A DNA stretch of 32,000 bases from Wigglesworthia glossinidia endosymbiont of Glossina brevipalpis. Lineage in GTDB: Bacteria > Pseudomonadota > Gammaproteobacteria > Enterobacterales > Enterobacteriaceae. The DNA is taken from contig BA000021.3 of assembly GCA_000008885.1 (NCBI GenBank), forward strand, positions 180,001 through 212,000, written 5' to 3'. Every line of letters begins with the position of its first letter. Position 1 is the stretch's first letter. This document shows positions 28,729 through 32,000 of this stretch, one piece after another. The notes below the pieces were generated by a model that was not told where the DNA came from, ran no database searches, and saw nothing but the letters and a program-made list of their open reading frames with translations. The translations under genes were made by a program, and so were the position numbers.

Positions 28729-29679
28729 ATGAAATCAATATCATATTTAAATACAAAAGAAAAAAATAAAAAAAAATTATCAATACCATCTAAAACTATA
28801 TTTGCAAAAGAAAATGAATATGGTTTAAAAAAACCAAATTGGTTAAAAATTAAATTACCTTTAAATAATAAAAAAATTAATAAAATAAAATTAATAATGA
28901 GAAAAAATAATTTACATACTGTATGTGAAGAAGCAGCATGTCCTAATTTAGCAGAATGTTTTAATAGAGGAACTGCAACATTTATGATTTTAGGATCAAT
29001 TTGTACAAGAAGATGTCCTTTTTGTAATGTTTCGTCTGGAAGGCCATCTTTAGTAGACACAAAAGAACCTGAAAATTTATCAAAGGCTGCTATAAAAATG
29101 AAATTAAAACATATAGTAATTACTTCGGTTGATAGAGATGATTTAAAAGATGGTGGTTCAGAACACTTTTCTAATTGTATTAGATTTATAAGAAAAAAAA
29201 ATCCTGATATAAAAATAGAAATTTTAGTTCCTGATTTTAGAGGATGTACGGAGTTAGCATTAAATAATATTAGTACATATCCTCCAGATATTTTTAATCA
29301 TAATTTAGAAAGCATTCCTAGATTATACTCTAAAGTAAGACCTGGAGCTAATTATAAAAGATCTTTAGAATTATTGGAAAAATTTAATCTCATCAATCCA
29401 AACATTCCTACTAAATCAGGATTAATGCTTGGATTAGGAGAAACCAAAGAAGAGATAATTGAAGTAATGAAAGATTTAAGAAAATCTTATGTAAGTATGA
29501 TAACTATAGGTCAATATCTTAGACCAACTAAAAATCATCTTACTGTTAATAGGTATGTTCATCCAAAAGAATTTAGAGAGCTTAATTTAATAGCTTTTGA
29601 TTTAGGATTTAAACATGCTATGTGCGGACCTCTTGTGAGATCTTCTTATCATGCAGAAAATCAAATTAATTGTTATTAA
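28729..29679 (+). CDS. lipA: Lipoyl synthase (radical SAM)
   Basis: 316 aa. [24 protein letters not shown] (CxxxCxxC), [19 protein letters not shown]-terminal RSSYHAE. Confidence 0.98.
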   Translation: MKSISYLNTKEKNKKKLSIPSKTIFAKENEYGLKKPNWLKIKLPLNNKKINKIKLIMRKNNLHTVCEEAACPNLAECFNRGTATFMILGSICTRRCPFCNVSSGRPSLVDTKEPENLSKAAIKMKLKHIVITSVDRDDLKDGGSEHFSNCIRFIRKKNPDIKIEILVPDFRGCTELALNNISTYPPDIFNHNLESIPRLYSKVRPGANYKRSLELLEKFNLINPNIPTKSGLMLGLGETKEEIIEVMKDLRKSYVSMITIGQYLRPTKNHLTVNRYVHPKEFRELNLIAFDLGFKHAMCGPLVRSSYHAENQINCY

Positions 29680-29686
29680 AACATAG

Positions 29687-29739
29687 AAGGTGCAGTTATC
29701 TATAGATAAAAAGTTTATCTAAAAATATTACTGCACCTT
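29687..29739. terminator. Nested inverted repeat / bidirectional terminator-like hairpin between convergent lipA and cspE
   Basis: Perfect 10-bp arms AAGGTGCAGT (29687-29696) and ACTGCACCTT (29730-29739) enclosing a second perfect 7-bp hairpin AGATAAA-AAG-TTTATCT (29704-29720). T-rich stretches follow in both directions; lipA ends at 29679 and cspE ends at 29761. Confidence 0.6.
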
Positions 29740-29760
29740 ATTTTCAAAATACAATATTAA

Positions 29761-29970
29761 TTAAATAGTAGTAACATGAGCAGCTGAAGGGCCTTTAGCC
29801 CCATTAGTAATCTCAAATTCTACACGTTGACCTTCTGCAAGAGTTTTAAAACCATTGCTTTGAATAGCAGAAAAATGTACAAATACATCTTTACTACCAT
29901 CTTCTGGAGTAATAAACCCAAATCCTTTAGATTCGTTAAACCATTTTACATTACCTTTAATTTTAGACAT
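29761..29970 (-). CDS. cspE: Cold shock-like protein CspE
   Basis: 69 aa. [69 protein letters not shown], nearly identical to E. coli CspE as recalled. Confidence 0.96.
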   Translation of the reverse strand: MSKIKGNVKWFNESKGFGFITPEDGSKDVFVHFSAIQSNGFKTLAEGQRVEFEITNGAKGPSAAHVTTI

Positions 29971-30257
29971 TAAACTTACCTTTAATAAAATTATAGATGT
30001 AAATCATATGAAAAAATAATAAATAAAATAAACTTAATTTTTAATATTTAATCATAAAATTTTAAATATTGCCAAATAGGCTTTTATTTAATATCTTTAA
30101 ATTTTTGAAAAATTTAAAGTATTATATTTTATTTAAATAAAATTTTAGATATTTATCTTATTCAAATTTATAAAAATTTAAATTTTAATATATCTAATTT
30201 TTTAATTTAAATATTCATTAATATTATTATTTTTTTTTAAAAAATCAAACAAATAAT

Positions 30258-31010
30258 TTAACTAACATTAAATTTATTTAAATAATTTTTGCGAATAATT
30301 TCAAATATACAAATTCCAGTTGCTACTGATATATTTAAAGGTAAATTATTTTTTACGGTAGGTATATTTAATATATTATCGCAATTTTCTTTTACCAAAC
30401 GGCTTATTCCTAAATTTTCTGATCCCATTACAACGGCTATTGATTGTTTTAATTTTTTATTACAAATATCTAATTGTGCTTTTCTAGAAGTTCCAATAAT
30501 TTGTATATTATATTTTTTTAATAAATTTATTGTACGCACTAAATTAGTAACATAAATTAATGGAATAAGATCTAGTGAACCACTAGCCACTTTTTTTACA
30601 GCAGAACTAATTTTTGCAGATCTATTTTTTCTAATAATTACAGCTTGGACTCCAAATATATAAGCTGATCTAATACATGAGCCTAAATTTCTTGGATCCA
30701 TAATACCATCTAATATCAAAAAAAAGTAATTTTTTTTATTTTCAAGCATTTTTAATAAAAAAGGTTCTTTTAAAATTTTAGAATTTTTAATATAAGCTAC
30801 AATTCCTTGATGTTTTTTATTATTTGTTATTTTATTTAAAAATTTTTTATCAACAAATTTGATTTTAATATTTTTTTCATTAGAAATTAATATTAATTTT
30901 TTAAATTTAATATCTTTTCTAGATTTAAGAAAAAGAATGCATAAAATTTTATTTGATTTGTTTTTAATAAATTCTTCTATTACATGAATCCCATAAATAA
31001 TTTCATTCAT
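30258..31010 (-). CDS. rlmB: 23S rRNA (guanosine-2'-O-)-methyltransferase RlmB (SpoU/TrmH family)
   Basis: 250 aa. YGIHVIEEF, GIVAYIKN, LILDGIMDPRNLGSCIRSA, VMGSENLGISRLV, LPLNISVATGICIFE. Confidence 0.95.
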   Translation of the reverse strand: MNEIIYGIHVIEEFIKNKSNKILCILFLKSRKDIKFKKLILISNEKNIKIKFVDKKFLNKITNNKKHQGIVAYIKNSKILKEPFLLKMLENKKNYFFLILDGIMDPRNLGSCIRSAYIFGVQAVIIRKNRSAKISSAVKKVASGSLDLIPLIYVTNLVRTINLLKKYNIQIIGTSRKAQLDICNKKLKQSIAVVMGSENLGISRLVKENCDNILNIPTVKNNLPLNISVATGICIFEIIRKNYLNKFNVS

Positions 31011-31150
31011 ATTTATTTTTTAAAATTTTTTATAATATTATTATTTAACATTTTTTATAAAAATTTATTACTTATAACAACAAATATTAAAATTTAAACA
31101 TAAATTTAATATGTAATATGTTTTTATAAAAATTTAATTAATATAAATTT

Positions 31151-32000
31151 TTATTCAACTAATTTCTTATTTAATACAATAATATCATTTCTATCAGATC
31201 CAGTTGAAATAATTTCAATTGGAATTTTTATAATACTTTGTAATTTTTTTATATAATTTTTTGCTAGAATAGGTAAATTTTTAAAATTTTTAACTCCTTT
31301 AGTTTTAGACAACCATCCAGGCATAGATTTATATATAGGTTTCGCTTTATTCCAATCGTCTATATTAGAAATATTATCCAATATTTTTCCATTTGGTAAA
31401 ATATATGAAGTGCAAATTTTTATTTCTTTTATATTATCTAATACATCTATTTTAGTTAAACAAAATCCTGAAAAAGAATTTATTTGTATAACTCTTTTAA
31501 CAGCAACTGCATCAAACCAACCGATTCTTCTTTTTCTTCCAGTTGTAGATCCAAATTCTTTTCCTTTTTCTAATATAATATTTTTTGTTTCATCAAAAAT
31601 TTCTGTAGGAAAAGGTCCATTTCCAACTCTAGTAGAATATGCTTTTATTATTCCTAATATATATTTAATACTAAATGGAGATATTCCTGTGCTTGAAATA
31701 ATTCCACCAACAGTTGTATTAGAAGATGTTACATAAGGATATGTTCCGTAATCAATATCTAAAAGAGCACCTTGAGCTCCTTCAAATATAATAGATTTAT
31801 TTTTTTTGTTAATACTGTTCAAATAACTTGGTATATCTATTGATATATTATTTAATAATTTAGATTTATTAATTAATTCATTAAAAATTTTTTCGTGATT
31901 TACAGGTTGTTCTTTATAATAATTTATTAATTGAAAGTTATAATACTCAACTATATTTTTCAGTTTTTTTTTGAATTTGTCTTTGTTTATCAAATGATGA
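31151..32000 (-). CDS. purA: Adenylosuccinate synthetase, C-terminal two-thirds (continues beyond the window)
   Basis: FEGAQGALLDIDYGTYPYVTSSNTTVGG, KAYSTRVGNGPFPTE, GSTTGRKRRIGWFDAVAV, LTKIDVLD, MPGW, ISTGSDRNDIIV. The frame stays open to the window edge; the 31993 TTG 'start' in the track is only the partial ORF boundary. Confidence 0.97.
   Translation of the reverse strand, partial: HHLINKDKFKKKLKNIVEYYNFQLINYYKEQPVNHEKIFNELINKSKLLNNISIDIPSYLNSINKKNKSIIFEGAQGALLDIDYGTYPYVTSSNTTVGGIISSTGISPFSIKYILGIIKAYSTRVGNGPFPTEIFDETKNIILEKGKEFGSTTGRKRRIGWFDAVAVKRVIQINSFSGFCLTKIDVLDNIKEIKICTSYILPNGKILDNISNIDDWNKAKPIYKSMPGWLSKTKGVKNFKNLPILAKNYIKKLQSIIKIPIEIISTGSDRNDIIVLNKKLVE

Noticed and set aside
30071-30081. 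GCCAAATAGGC mini-inverted repeat downstream of rlmB as a possible terminator
   Set aside because: Only 3 bp of perfect stem; too weak to call.
31410-31736. Plus-strand 108-aa ORF antisense to purA
   Set aside because: Antisense shadow of conserved PurA motifs.

Overview
Very AT-rich chromosomal window with tightly packed housekeeping genes. Gene content and order look like a highly reduced gammaproteobacterial (Enterobacterales-type) genome, most likely an obligate insect endosymbiont; this is an inference from the sequence and I do not name a species. Ancestral E. coli-like blocks are recognisable but thinned: ppiD(partial)-lon-clpX-clpP-tig; yajR; nadA; arnC-arnA-arnD-arnT; engB; ruvX-yqgE-gshB-rsmE; leuS-lptE-holA-nadD-mrdA-mrdB-dacA-lipB-lipA-cspE; rlmB-purA(partial). 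I see no mobile element, CRISPR array, tRNA, rRNA or evident new multi-gene system. The main observations are: (1) four genes (arnD, engB, rsmE, mrdA) whose conserved reading frame is broken at or near homopolymeric A/T runs, and which the ORF track truncates or splits. Reading across the run restores the expected protein, so the cause is either transcriptional slippage rescue or homopolymer under-calling in the assembly. (2) A LeuRS whose CP1 editing active-site motifs are degraded while its synthetic motifs are intact. (3) A retained lipid A L-Ara4N gene block without adjacent arnB or arnE/F. (4) YajR lacking its C-terminal cytoplasmic domain. (5) An unusual nested GC-rich/AT-rich hairpin between convergent lipA and cspE.
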